The notes: generated by a model from the letters alone, not told the origin. Positions 27,662 through 37,718 are shown, numbered from the stretch's first letter. The stretch: 64,000 nt of DNA from Candidatus Poribacteria bacterium (GCA_963665235.2 CAXXLX010000001.1:4096001-4160000); one strand, 5' to 3'. Translations and numbers: made by a program.

Positions 27662-28156
27662 CTATAAACTACGGACGACGACACGACTTCCCTCAACATG
27701 AATGACTTCAATCTCTGTCTCTGGTTCAACAAACTCCCCCTGCGTAACGATATCGACACGTTGGCCGTTTATAAGTGCGACCCCTGCTGGTCGTAAGGGG
27801 CTTAATGTTTTTCCCGATTTTCCGACGAGGGCGGTTAACTCTTGAGGTGCTGCATGAAAACCTTCTTCACTTTTCTCAGAAGCAGTTAGGATAAAGTTTT
27901 TGCCGAAAGGTGTGTCCCGAAGAATGGACAAACCGACAATGGCAATCGGTATTACGAAAATCAACGCGACACTGGCATAGATGAGTGCCGTTGTAGCCCC
28001 TGCTCTTACCCAAATCATGCCGATTCCGACAAAGAGCAGGATTAGTCCAGGAATGCCTGCTGCACCGAACCCTGGAAGAATCAAAATCTCAATAAATATC
28101 AAGAGTATACCGAGTGCTATAAGAACCGTTGGTACCCACATGGTTTTTTCCTCCAA
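27662..28156 (-). CDS. Short NfeD family protein (TM helices plus OB fold)
   Basis: EILILPGFG; LVGKSGKTLSPLRPAG...VDIVTQGEFV. Confidence 0.9.
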   Translation of the reverse strand: MEEKTMWVPTVLIALGILLIFIEILILPGFGAAGIPGLILLFVGIGMIWVRAGATTALIYASVALIFVIPIAIVGLSILRDTPFGKNFILTASEKSEEGFHAAPQELTALVGKSGKTLSPLRPAGVALINGQRVDIVTQGEFVEPETEIEVIHVEGSRVVVRSL

Positions 28157-28176
28157 ACATTTTGTGTAAAAACGCC

Positions 28177-29763
28177 TTACTCCTCAAGAGCCTCAACCGA
28201 AATTTTTGAGCCTGAGACCTCTAGTACTTTGATAGGCGTATTCTCTGGAATGAAGTTGCCGACTGTGACAACGTCCAATCGTTTATTATCGATTTTCGCG
28301 GTGCCCGCAGGCCGCAACGGTGTCAACGCAACCCCTGTTTTACCTATAAAACTCTCAAAATCCTGAGTACCTGCAGCGTGATACCCCTCGTCAGTACTCA
28401 TCACAGTGGAAAGCGCGAACCGCTGAAATGGAGTCGATTTCGGGAGAAAAATCGTCGCAATAATGCCTAACACAGAGGTTAAAATTATTGAAATAGAGAG
28501 CCACAGCAGCGCAGTACTGACATTATCGGTCGTATCAAAAAAGACAAAAAAGGCACTCCCCACCATCAAGATAATACCAAGTATGCCCGCAATGCCGAAA
28601 CCGGGGATAACGAAGACCTCTACCACAATCAACGCTAAACCGATGACAAACGCGAGAAACGCATACCCTACCTCAATTTGGTTCAACATGTGCCCCCCAA
28701 AGAAGAGTCCTATGAAAAGCAATCCGAGGAATCCAGGGATACCGAAACCCGGGGTGCGAATCTCTATAAGGAGACCGAGACCCCCTAGCGATAAGAGCAA
28801 CGCGCTGATATACGGACTCGTAATAAAGAAGACAACCCTATCCGCAAGTGTCGCAGCAATTTTACGGACCTGTGCATTTGCCAAAGATTTCAGACGTTTG
28901 ACCCGCGTAGCACCCAGCTCCTCCTGTTTGTCCAAAATAGCATTTTCTGTGAGTGCCAACGTTGCAATGCCCGCCTCAGCTTGTGCTTCAATATCCGCAG
29001 TGTTCTCTGTTGGAGGTGGCAACGCGACGTTCCCTTTGTCATCTCCTTCAATCGTAACGATGTAGTACCGTGAAAGGAGCTGCTGTAACGTTTCCGCTTG
29101 CGCCTCCACGAATTTATAGGCAAGTGCCTGGCGCGTCGTTAAGGTAAGCAGTTCGCCCTCGGCACAGAGCACTTCCATCCTCGTGCCAGCTGTCTGTTCC
29201 TCCATATATTCTTCGGGGCGTAACCTAATAATATCACCACTTTCGAAGCGTACAAGGACATATTTTTTATCCACCATAGCTTCGGCAATATCGGCGTTTC
29301 TGTTTTGCTCTGCTGCGGCGCGAATTGCTCCGCGGATAGAGGACACATATTTCTCCTCCGCTTCCTGCCCTTGTGCATCAACGGGTGCCGAAGCACCTAT
29401 GATTGCTCCCGATGTCATCACAATTTGTGAGCACGTGGAAGAAATCATGGCACCCGCAGAGAGAGCTTGCCGGTTGACGAAGGCGATAGTTGGCAATCGG
29501 GTATTCCGAATTGCATTCATGATTTTAAAAGCAGCGTCAACTCGACCGCCCGGGGTGTTCACATCAAAAACAATCGCATCAGCCCCCGCCTGCTCCGCTT
29601 TTTCAATGCCCTTGCTGATGTAGCTGGCGACTCCACTGCCGATTTCGGTACGAATGTCTATAACGTAAACTAAGGCGGTGTCCTCAGCAGACACGCCACC
29701 CCCGATAAAAAGACACCCGATTAAGGGGAGCAGATAACGCAGCAGGTCTTTTTTGCCTTTCAT
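28177..29763 (-). CDS. nfeD: Long NfeD (YqeZ-like) membrane-bound ClpP-class protease
   Basis: VNTPGGRV, ALSAGA, EKY, LLTLT, TPGFG; C-terminal TPLRPAG OB fold. Confidence 0.9.
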   Translation of the reverse strand: MKGKKDLLRYLLPLIGCLFIGGGVSAEDTALVYVIDIRTEIGSGVASYISKGIEKAEQAGADAIVFDVNTPGGRVDAAFKIMNAIRNTRLPTIAFVNRQALSAGAMISSTCSQIVMTSGAIIGASAPVDAQGQEAEEKYVSSIRGAIRAAAEQNRNADIAEAMVDKKYVLVRFESGDIIRLRPEEYMEEQTAGTRMEVLCAEGELLTLTTRQALAYKFVEAQAETLQQLLSRYYIVTIEGDDKGNVALPPPTENTADIEAQAEAGIATLALTENAILDKQEELGATRVKRLKSLANAQVRKIAATLADRVVFFITSPYISALLLSLGGLGLLIEIRTPGFGIPGFLGLLFIGLFFGGHMLNQIEVGYAFLAFVIGLALIVVEVFVIPGFGIAGILGIILMVGSAFFVFFDTTDNVSTALLWLSISIILTSVLGIIATIFLPKSTPFQRFALSTVMSTDEGYHAAGTQDFESFIGKTGVALTPLRPAGTAKIDNKRLDVVTVGNFIPENTPIKVLEVSGSKISVEALEE

Positions 29764-29882
29764 GTCAATTACTCCTCATCACTTCTGAAATGCACCTTAA
29801 AATACTTTTGGCGAATTGTTGAAAAATAGAACGCCTATTATTAATATAACCTAAGTTTGGGGTGTATGTCAAGGAAAAAGTT

Positions 29883-30461
29883 TTAACAGAAATTAGATTC
29901 GTTTTCAGCCAATTCCTCTTGAATCCATGCATGGAGGATATGGTTTAGCACAAGATGGACATCTTCAACGGGACCATAAAGGTTGCTATCCACTACGACG
30001 TTGACATCGCAAATTGTTGCCAATTTGCCGCCGCCAAATCCGCTCCATCCGATAGTTTTACATCCAATATCGGCTGCGTATTGCATCGCCCGAAGGACGT
30101 TCTCCGAGTTGCCACTTGCACTGATACCGAGCACAACGTCGCCCGGGTTGACAAAATTTTTGAGTTGTTCCACGAAAACATCTTCGTAGGAGACATCGTT
30201 CGACCACGCTGTCATTGTTGCGACGTTGTCCGTTAAACTCATAACGCGGAACCGGGGTTTTCCGGGAACACTCGTGCCTTTCCCCAAATCACAGGCGAGA
30301 TGGGATGCGGTAGATGCACTGCCGCCGTTGCCGATGACAAAAATCTGTTTTTCAGCGCGATACGCCTCCATAATGGTATCTATGGTGTCCCGTACATCTG
30401 TCAACGTTAAACGTTCTAACACGTCTTGCAGATGGGATATGTATTTTTGAATTCTCTCCAT
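29883..30461 (-). CDS. SIS-domain sugar-phosphate isomerase (GmhA-like)
   Basis: GNGGSAS.ASH, TAWSND, ISASGNSENV, VEDVH. Confidence 0.9.
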   Translation of the reverse strand: MERIQKYISHLQDVLERLTLTDVRDTIDTIMEAYRAEKQIFVIGNGGSASTASHLACDLGKGTSVPGKPRFRVMSLTDNVATMTAWSNDVSYEDVFVEQLKNFVNPGDVVLGISASGNSENVLRAMQYAADIGCKTIGWSGFGGGKLATICDVNVVVDSNLYGPVEDVHLVLNHILHAWIQEELAENESNFC

Positions 30462-30504
30462 TACGTTTTTTTCCTAATTTTTATTGCTTTGACAGGATTC
30501 GGAA

Positions 30505-31470
30505 TTAAACTACGAGGGCAATGGCAGCAAGATCTCCCAGTGCCTCACCGAGCTGTGCTGGCATAATTTTGACAGCTTCGACTGGACGCGTCATTGCAAA
30601 CGCGGAAACAGTTCGACGGATTGGCACAAGTAAAAGGTCACCTGCAGCAATAGCAATAGTTCCGAGTAAAACGATATCAGGGTTCAAGATGTTAACCACG
30701 TTTGCGATTCCCCACCCCATGTAGTAAGCCGTTTCGTCAACCAATTTTAGTGCTAATGCATCCCCCTGACGCGCCGCCTCAATCACATGTTCCGATTTTA
30801 TATTATCAATACACTCTTCGGCAAGCGTTAAAATAGCGGTCGTCGATTGCTTCTGAACTGCTGCTTTGGCACGACGTGCTATTGCTGGACCGGAACAGAG
30901 TGCCTCAAGACATCCCCGTTTGCCGCATCCACAGCGAGGCCCATCGGGCAGGAGTATTTGGTGCCCGACCTCACCTGCACTGTCGTTGGCACCGTGATAA
31001 ATCTGCCCATTTAGAACAAGTCCACCTCCGATGCCGGTGCTCATCGTGATATAGAGTACTGCCTTGTATCCTCTGCCCCCGCCGAACCTGAATTCGGCAA
31101 GCGCGCTGGCATTTGCATCGTTCTCAATCGTTACCGGAAGCTGAAACGTTGATTCAAGCTCTGCTTTGAGCGGCAGTGCGTCCCAACCGGGCAAATTCGG
31201 CGGTGAATAGACAACCCCGGTTTTTGTGTCCAATGGGCCGCCACAGCTCACGCCTATCGCTGAAATCGCGTGCTGTTCCAACCCTGCCTGTGTGATAGTC
31301 TCTCGAACCATCTCGAAAAGCAGTTGAAGGGCATAGTCGGGGCCCTTTTCTGCAAGCGTGGGTTTGCGTACCTTGCTGATAATTTGCCCTGTGCTATCGG
31401 CAACAACGGTTGCAAGTTTCGTACCCCCGATGTCAATACCTACGACGTGCTTTTTCATGGGAGTCTCCAA
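30505..31470 (-). CDS. ROK family sugar kinase
   Basis: GIDIGGTK, ENDANA, STGIGGG, GEVGH, CGCGKRGCLE. Confidence 0.93.
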   Translation of the reverse strand: METPMKKHVVGIDIGGTKLATVVADSTGQIISKVRKPTLAEKGPDYALQLLFEMVRETITQAGLEQHAISAIGVSCGGPLDTKTGVVYSPPNLPGWDALPLKAELESTFQLPVTIENDANASALAEFRFGGGRGYKAVLYITMSTGIGGGLVLNGQIYHGANDSAGEVGHQILLPDGPRCGCGKRGCLEALCSGPAIARRAKAAVQKQSTTAILTLAEECIDNIKSEHVIEAARQGDALALKLVDETAYYMGWGIANVVNILNPDIVLLGTIAIAAGDLLLVPIRRTVSAFAMTRPVEAVKIMPAQLGEALGDLAAIALVV

Positions 31471-31488
31471 TTGTGCGTTGCAAATCCG

Positions 31489-32994
31489 CTACAACTGGTC
31501 GTTCAGGTCACAGAGTGCAGGATAAATCTGTTGATACGTTTTCAACTTCTCATCGTAAAGTTGGGCGAGCGCGTCGCGAGGATAATAGATTTCGCGCGGT
31601 GTGACTAGCTGCTCAACTGCTGCTTCAATAGACCTGTATTTGCCTATTGCTGTGCCAGATAAGATAGCGGTTCCGAGGCAGACCCCCTCCGATATATCAA
31701 GCGCAATGACCTTCTTACCGAACATATCGGCTTTGAGCTGCAGCCATTTTGCCGATTTCGCACCGCCCCCGATGGCACGTACCTCATTTATTATAACTCC
31801 CGCTTTTTGCAACATAGCGAGATTCTGTTTAATCTCGTAACTGATGCCTTCAAGGATTGCCTTGACCAATTCGGCTTTGGTGGTTGAAAGTGTCAACCCT
31901 ACAATTGCACCTTTTGATGATAGGTCTAGGTGCGGGGTGCCAGAACCGGTGAAGTGGGGTAGCAGCATAGCAGTCCCAGGTGAATCAGGCATCTCTTCAA
32001 GCAGTATGTCGTAAACATCGCGTCCCTCTGCTTCCGCTTGTGCAATTTCCGCTTGGGCAAAGGTGTCCCTATACCATCGCAGGACTACACCGCCACTGGA
32101 GACAAATCCTAACGTAACGTAAAGCCCCTCGACAACGTGCGGATAGCAAGCGAAGTTCCCATCTATCATCTGTTGATTGATGACAGGCTCTGTGAAGGCG
32201 GGGGCAATACATTCAACAGTGCCTGTAGCGTCCATCACTTCGCCGCTGCGAATGATGCCTGCCCCTAACGCACCACACGGCTGGTCGTGCCCGCCGGTGA
32301 CGCATACTACGCCTCGCGGAAGCCCAAGTTCATCAGCAACGGCTGTGCTCACTTCGCCTATAACAGTCCCAGAGCTTGCGGTGTCGGGTAAATGTGAGGC
32401 ATCCAGATTTGCTAAACCGAGCATCTTTTCTGACCAAGATTTGTCGATAATGTCGAACGCCATGGTGCGCGCTGCGAGCGAATAGTCAACTACAGGCGAA
32501 ATGCCGAGTTTGAAATAGACGAAATCCTCAAAACCGAGAAATTTCCACACCTGCCGATAGATATCCGGTTGATTCCGTTGTATCCATACCAGCTTGGGAA
32601 GCGTGTGAATATCACTGGGGGGCATGCCTGTGATTTGCATTACCTCCAATGGACTTATATCTTGCAGTAGCTCATCACAGATTCCGGAGGTACGGGAATC
32701 AAATGTAGTAATTGCGTTTGCTAAGATGTCGCCGTTTGCCGAAATCGGTGTAACCGCTTCACCTTGTGAGGCAACGCTAATGGCTTCAATCGGCTCTGTT
32801 TTTGTTTGTGCAGCAACCTGCCGGATGCCGGACGCTATATTGTCCCAGACAACACGTGAATCCAATTCTGACCAGCCGGGTTGCGGGTGCACTAACGGAT
32901 ACTCGCCGTATGCCTGTGCAAGAATTTCGCCATCCTCACGAAAAGCGATAACTTTACATCCCGTTGTGCCGACATCAATACCCAAAAGACTCAT
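31489..32994 (-). CDS. FGGY family carbohydrate kinase (xylulokinase-like)
   Basis: LGIDVGTTGCK, GGHDQ, ATGT, IGGGAKS..WLQ.KAD. Confidence 0.92.
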   Translation of the reverse strand: MSLLGIDVGTTGCKVIAFREDGEILAQAYGEYPLVHPQPGWSELDSRVVWDNIASGIRQVAAQTKTEPIEAISVASQGEAVTPISANGDILANAITTFDSRTSGICDELLQDISPLEVMQITGMPPSDIHTLPKLVWIQRNQPDIYRQVWKFLGFEDFVYFKLGISPVVDYSLAARTMAFDIIDKSWSEKMLGLANLDASHLPDTASSGTVIGEVSTAVADELGLPRGVVCVTGGHDQPCGALGAGIIRSGEVMDATGTVECIAPAFTEPVINQQMIDGNFACYPHVVEGLYVTLGFVSSGGVVLRWYRDTFAQAEIAQAEAEGRDVYDILLEEMPDSPGTAMLLPHFTGSGTPHLDLSSKGAIVGLTLSTTKAELVKAILEGISYEIKQNLAMLQKAGVIINEVRAIGGGAKSAKWLQLKADMFGKKVIALDISEGVCLGTAILSGTAIGKYRSIEAAVEQLVTPREIYYPRDALAQLYDEKLKTYQQIYPALCDLNDQL

Positions 32995-33102
32995 AACGTT
33001 TTTTTCTCCTTGATACGGTATGTGTATATCGTATCATAAATTGTTTTTTAATGCAAAGATTTGTTTTTAAGGGGGGAGGTGTAAAGTTTTTGTACTATGA
33101 TA

Positions 33103-33236
33103 GAGGGAAGGGGGGAAGAATGGAAGGGGGGAAGAATGGAAGATTGGAAGGGTGGAAGGAGGGAAGGGTGGAAGATTGGAAGATTGGAAGGAGGGAAGGG
33201 TGGAAGATTGGAAGGGTGGAAGATTGGAAGATTGGA
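33103..33236. repeat. Purine-rich degenerate 8-mer tandem repeat (GGAAGATT / GGAAGGGT / GGAAGGAG)
   Basis: Over a dozen GGAAG-based units; no C on the + strand across the tract. Confidence 0.9.
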
Positions 33237-33252
33237 TTTCGCAGGTGTGTTG

Positions 33253-33460
33253 TCTGAATCGCAGAGGACACGGAAGACGCGGAAAAAGAGGTTTGTTGCT
33301 AACATCTACGGATTTTTTTGTCTGAATCGCGGATGACACAGAGGACACGGAGAACGCGGAATTAAGACGGGGTTGGGTAAAATCTATAAACATATCGCCC
33401 CGCTGGGGCTAGTTTGTGAGATGGTTGGGTTTTCTATAAAGATACCGCCCCGCTGGGGCT
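33253..33460. repeat. CTGAATCGC(A/G)GA...GACACGGA 9-mer repeat elements followed by two family A REPs
   Basis: Relatives at ~19879-19920 and ~36650-36680. Confidence 0.65.
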
Positions 33461-33493
33461 GCGCTTTCGCACATCGGTGTCTATTTTTCTACT

Positions 33494-34180
33494 TTATTTC
33501 TGCCTCAGCCTATCTGCTTTCCAATAGGCCCAAAATTTGAAGGCACTTGCGCGAACACGGATGCTGCCAGGAGGGTCAGGGAGTTTGAAGTTAGAAAACT
33601 TCTCCCTCACATCATCAATGTCGATGTCGTCAGTGTGTGCTATATCTATGAACGCCCATCTGTACCTGAATGGACTATTTATGACATCAACTTCTGAGTG
33701 CCCATCTTTGATGAGTTCGAAGTTCAACATCCTAGTTTTTCCATCCTCAACGTAGAACAAATAGGTCAGGTAACGACCATACTTGCCTTGCTGTATGAAT
33801 GGAAAGTGATTATCATTGTCAAAAAGCAGGAATATATCCTTGTCCTCTAACTTGTCGGCCACATATTTCTTGGCCTGTTCGGCCGCTTCTTTTTCTTTTT
33901 CATCTCTGCTGCTCAGTTCCGGCGTGTTCACGCCATACAGCCTCACTTCAATGACACCTCGGTCATGAAACTGAAACGATAACGTGTCACCATCCGTGAC
34001 CTTGACTAACGGATAATATCCGGCGTGGTTCGAGCTGAAGTCGATGGATGTATCAGCACCATGGCAGTGGTAACTTTCACCTTCTCGGTGGCAGTTGTCT
34101 GCCGCCAGCTGTCGATTGTGGGCATCTGCATGAGCTAAGACTAACGCCAGAACTAAAACAACTACTAATTTTCTACCCAT
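33494..34180 (-). CDS. Secreted thermonuclease (SNase) with N-terminal YHYH-like His/Cys motif
   Basis: Signal peptide; HNRQLAADNCH...YHCH; VTDGDTL, VRLYGVNTPE, KYGRYLTY, NFELIKDG. Confidence 0.88.
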   Translation of the reverse strand: MGRKLVVVLVLALVLAHADAHNRQLAADNCHREGESYHCHGADTSIDFSSNHAGYYPLVKVTDGDTLSFQFHDRGVIEVRLYGVNTPELSSRDEKEKEAAEQAKKYVADKLEDKDIFLLFDNDNHFPFIQQGKYGRYLTYLFYVEDGKTRMLNFELIKDGHSEVDVINSPFRYRWAFIDIAHTDDIDIDDVREKFSNFKLPDPPGSIRVRASAFKFWAYWKADRLRQK

Positions 34181-34256
34181 GTTTTATTCCTTGCAATCGT
34201 CTGTTATTGGCTATTGGCTCTTAGCATTTAGCATTTGGCAAGAGGAGATGTTCTAA

Positions 34257-34524
34257 TACCATTTTTATTAATTATCCTATCATTACCGGTCGTTAGAAAT
34301 GAAACGGAGAACGGAAGACACAAACTGGAAGTTTATGCTACAAGAACGCACAAACTGGAAGTTTATGCTACAAGAACGCACAAACTGGAAGTTTATGCTA
34401 CAAGAACGCACAAACTACAAGAACGCACAAAAGTTTATGCTACAAGAACGCACAAACTGGAACAAGAACGCACAAACTGGAAGTTTATGCTACAATAAAG
34501 AGACATTTCCAATTAGAAATGGTA
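34257..34524. mobile_element. MITE (TIR TACCATTT/AAATGGTA, TAA duplication) carrying a 30-bp REP tandem array
   Basis: TAA-[TACCATTT...AAATGGTA]-TAA; internal CAAACTGGAAGTTTATGCTACAAGAACGCA units, some internally deleted. Confidence 0.75.
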
Positions 34525-34672
34525 TAACAATCTAACCGTTCTTATCCAGAACGGACGCAGCGCGTTGATAAGGTCCATAGATAATGGGATTTAAAGGGAG
34601 ACCTGGCGGGCGAGGAAACCTCGCCCCTACGACGTTATGTCCTAAATTTGCGTCCGTCCCATCACATTATTA

Positions 34673-34701
34673 AGTATACCACAGAGTTGCACATAAGTCA
34701 A
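34673..34701 (-). promoter_or_regulatory. Sigma70-type promoter facing the nuclease gene
   Basis: TTGACT-N17-TATACT with TG extension. Confidence 0.45.
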
Positions 34702-34809
34702 TTTTTTTACAATTTTTCATTTTTGGACGATTCAACTTACATCACACAACATACATGCAAACAGGAAATGTTTGATGCATTTCAGATATCTGACTAACAT
34801 CACAACGTC

Positions 34810-34885
34810 TTGCCAATTGCCAATCGCCATTCGCTAATCGCCAATGAGCTAATTGCTAATTGCCAACAGCCAATCGCTAATTATG
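34810..34885. repeat. Degenerate heptamer tandem repeat ((T/C)GC(C/T)AAT type)
   Basis: Similar tracts at ~530-562, 16400-16510, 20048-20072, 34203-34240 and 44920-44965. Confidence 0.7.
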
Positions 34886-34929
34886 CTATAATAGGTTACA
34901 GAAAACTACGTTAGGGGAGAAAGTACAGA

Positions 34930-35703
34930 ATGCGTTTTGAAAATCGGGTGGCGTTTGTAACAGGTGGTGGCGGGCCGCTAGGTATTGGACGCGCAGCATG
35001 TTTGGCATTTGCGCGTGAGGGAGCAGCTGTAGTTGTCGCTGGGGGTAGAAGCGCGGAGGCTGTCGCTGCGGAAGTTCGCGCCGAAGGCGGTCAAGCAATT
35101 GCGGTGCCGCTGGATGTGACCGTACCAGCACAAGTGCAAGCAGCCGTGGATACGACAGTGGAAAGGTTCAAACGAATTGATATTTTATTCAACAATGCTG
35201 GCATTCTCGGTCGGCAAACGTTGTTTGAACTCACCCCGGACGAATTCGATCGGGTGATGGCAGTGAATGTCAAAGGGTGTCTGCTGTGCGCGCAGGCAGT
35301 CGCAAAGGTGATGATAGCACACGGAATAAAAGGGAGGATTATCAATAACTCCTCTATCTTCGCGGAGGAGTCGCATGTCGGGGTCTTAAGCTACTGTGTG
35401 AGCAAGGCAGCAGTGAATAGACTCACACGTAGCCTCGCGTTGGAACTCCGACCGCACGGCATTACTGTGAACGCGGTGGCACCGGGCGGCGGCGCGCCGA
35501 CAGGCATGAATGCCGCACAAAAACTCCCTGAAGACGACAGTTTACCTGAATTACCCCCCGCTTCACCGGATGTACCGCCGCTTGAACGCGGCGCGACAGT
35601 ATGGGATTACATCGGGGCGGTGCTGTTCCTCGCCTCTGATGAAGCTGCTTATATCAGTGGAGATATTATGACGATTGATGGCGGAGCCGTGGCACGCCGA
35701 TAA
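34930..35703 (+). CDS. SDR family oxidoreductase
   Basis: VTGGGGPLGIG, NNAG, YCVSK, VNAVAPG, IDGG. Confidence 0.93.
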   Translation: MRFENRVAFVTGGGGPLGIGRAACLAFAREGAAVVVAGGRSAEAVAAEVRAEGGQAIAVPLDVTVPAQVQAAVDTTVERFKRIDILFNNAGILGRQTLFELTPDEFDRVMAVNVKGCLLCAQAVAKVMIAHGIKGRIINNSSIFAEESHVGVLSYCVSKAAVNRLTRSLALELRPHGITVNAVAPGGGAPTGMNAAQKLPEDDSLPELPPASPDVPPLERGATVWDYIGAVLFLASDEAAYISGDIMTIDGGAVARR

Positions 35704-35728
35704 AAAGTTAGGAGAAAATTGCTTATTT

Positions 35729-36172
35729 ATGATTAATACCCTTAAAACCCACTTGCAAGTTCTGATTGACTGGTCTAAAGCTCACCCGGTTTTGCTTGTC
35801 GTTTTTTTTGTAGCAAGCATTATCGCAAGCCTGATTGTGTGTGCCGTGTTGATTACACTGCTGCCACCAGACTATTTCACCGAGAAAAGACAGGTGCACC
35901 GTGTCAAAAATCCGGTGCTGCGTATCTTTCTCTCTATTGTCAAAAACCTCATAGGTGCCATTTTAATCGTTATGGGAATTCTGCTGTCGCTGCCGGGGGT
36001 ACCGGGGCAGGGTATTTTAACGATTTTAGTGGGGTTGATTATTAGCGATTTTCCGGGGAAGCGCCGGTTGGAGATGCGCATTATTAACATTAAAGCGGTC
36101 TTCTCAGGTGCGAATAAGATTCGTACCCGTTTCAATCGCGAGCCGCTTGTGTTGGAGGAAAAAGAGGAATAA
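35729..36172 (+). CDS. PGPGW-like transmembrane protein
   Basis: TM segments, LPPDYF, KNLIG, LPGVPGQGILTIL, DFPGKRRLE. Confidence 0.75.
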   Translation: MINTLKTHLQVLIDWSKAHPVLLVVFFVASIIASLIVCAVLITLLPPDYFTEKRQVHRVKNPVLRIFLSIVKNLIGAILIVMGILLSLPGVPGQGILTILVGLIISDFPGKRRLEMRIINIKAVFSGANKIRTRFNREPLVLEEKEE

Positions 36173-36348
36173 AAATTTGCTCATTATTTTTACTAAATTT
36201 TGGACAATTTTATGAATTTGCATTTGCGGTGTTTTCTATAAACATATCGCCCCGCTGGGGCTAGTTTGTGTCTAAGTTGGGTTTTCTATAAACATATCGT
36301 CCCTACAGGACTGAGAAGCGGGGGCAGAAACCCTCGCGCTTTGCGTTG

Positions 36349-36642
36349 CTACTGTCCGTTTTCTACCAAGGTTTGCAGGAATGCGGCGAAACTATCTGTT
36401 TGGACAGCTGTCTCATACAGCACGTTGAGGCGTTGTATGTCTTCTATCTGCTCGAGTGCTATCTGCAAGGTTTCATCCGTGCCGATGCCGAATCGAGCGT
36501 CAAGGAAACTCAAGATGTTTTCAACAGCAATTTCTTGTTGCCTTGTTCGAAGATATATCGATAAGTTGATGATTCAAACATGGGAACCTCCATAAGATGT
36601 TTGATTTCTTCGGGGTCAACGATTAACTCGCTTCAGAATCCA
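36349..36642 (-). pseudogene. Duplicated 3' cassette of the Rpn gene with an alternative C-terminal tail and a 1-bp deletion
   Basis: Near-identical to 36820-37035, then diverges (RLNVLYETAVQTDSFAAFLQTLVENGQ*). Confidence 0.8.
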
Positions 36643-36742
36643 TTTTTTTGTCAGAATTGCGGATTACGGAGATTGCGCGGGTTTTAAGCTATCGTCTGAT
36701 ACCTATAACCCGCGCGAAATCGATTTGCGGAGCTGACCCCGG

Positions 36743-37669
36743 CTATTTTCCGTTTTCAGTCAATTTTTGCCTGAATGCCTCGAGGGTGTCTACCTGTGCG
36801 GCTGTTCGGACGAGTGCTTTGAGGCGTTGTATGTCTTCTATCTGCTCGAGTGCTATCTGCAAGGTTTCATCTGTGCCGATGCCGAATCGAGCGTCAAGGA
36901 AACTCAAGATGTTTTCAACAGCAATTTCTTGTTGTCCTTGTTCGAAGATATATCGATAAGTTGATGATTCAAACATGGGAACCTCCATAAGATGTTTGAT
37001 TTCTTCGGGGTCAACGATTAACCCGCTCAGGATCCATTGCCAAAGTAGTAGGTTATTTTGAACATCAGGGTCAAGGTCCAGCGTGCGTACCTGTTCGTGG
37101 CACCGTTCGACCCATTCCACTGCGGATACATCGTCCGGTCGCTTCATTAGGGGCGTGAATGCTATGAGGCTGGGTTCACGCGTTTCCAAAACGGCTTGTC
37201 CATCAAATTTGCTGAGATGGATAACCTGATATTCGATGTCTATATTGTAGCCATTAAACTCTTGCGTATACTTTCCGGGGTCGTTATCGCCGGCCCCTTC
37301 AATCATGTAAACGGTGTGGGATAAAATGGGCAGTCCGTATTTTTCGTAACATCGCCCGATGTATCCAACTTTTCGTTTGACTATTTCTGTTTCGGGTTGG
37401 CTGCTGACTTGGAACTCTATATGCACTAAGACCTCTTTACCATTAATTCGGACCTTCGCCAAAATATCCATGCGTCGGATTTCGACGGTTGGTAGTTCTG
37501 TATCGAGGTGTTCAATGAACTCGAGGTTTCGGATGTTTGTAAAATGTCTCAACAATGCTTCGGCGAACACTGCGAATATGCCTTTGCTGACAATATCGTA
37601 TCGTTGATACGGTAAGGCTTCAAGTAGCTGTTTAAAAAATTCTTCTATCCTATCTGTCCTATCTTTCAT
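36743..37669 (-). CDS. Rpn family recombination-promoting nuclease / PD-(D/E)XK putative transposase
   Basis: DTELP..RRMDIL...VHIEFQ core; C-terminal ESSTY..IFEQG...L.ARFG...LEQIED..RL. Confidence 0.8.
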   Translation of the reverse strand: MKDRTDRIEEFFKQLLEALPYQRYDIVSKGIFAVFAEALLRHFTNIRNLEFIEHLDTELPTVEIRRMDILAKVRINGKEVLVHIEFQVSSQPETEIVKRKVGYIGRCYEKYGLPILSHTVYMIEGAGDNDPGKYTQEFNGYNIDIEYQVIHLSKFDGQAVLETREPSLIAFTPLMKRPDDVSAVEWVERCHEQVRTLDLDPDVQNNLLLWQWILSGLIVDPEEIKHLMEVPMFESSTYRYIFEQGQQEIAVENILSFLDARFGIGTDETLQIALEQIEDIQRLKALVRTAAQVDTLEAFRQKLTENGK

Positions 37670-37718
37670 GATGGGATGTTATCCTTCAAAACTGGGATAA
37701 TTACAAATGCATGTTAAT

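Noticed and set aside
33048-33393. ORFs over the GGAAG tract
   Set aside because: Low-complexity translations of a simple repeat
36349-37035. Diversity-generating retroelement TR/VR pair
   Set aside because: Differences are not adenine-specific and there is no reverse transcriptase in the window
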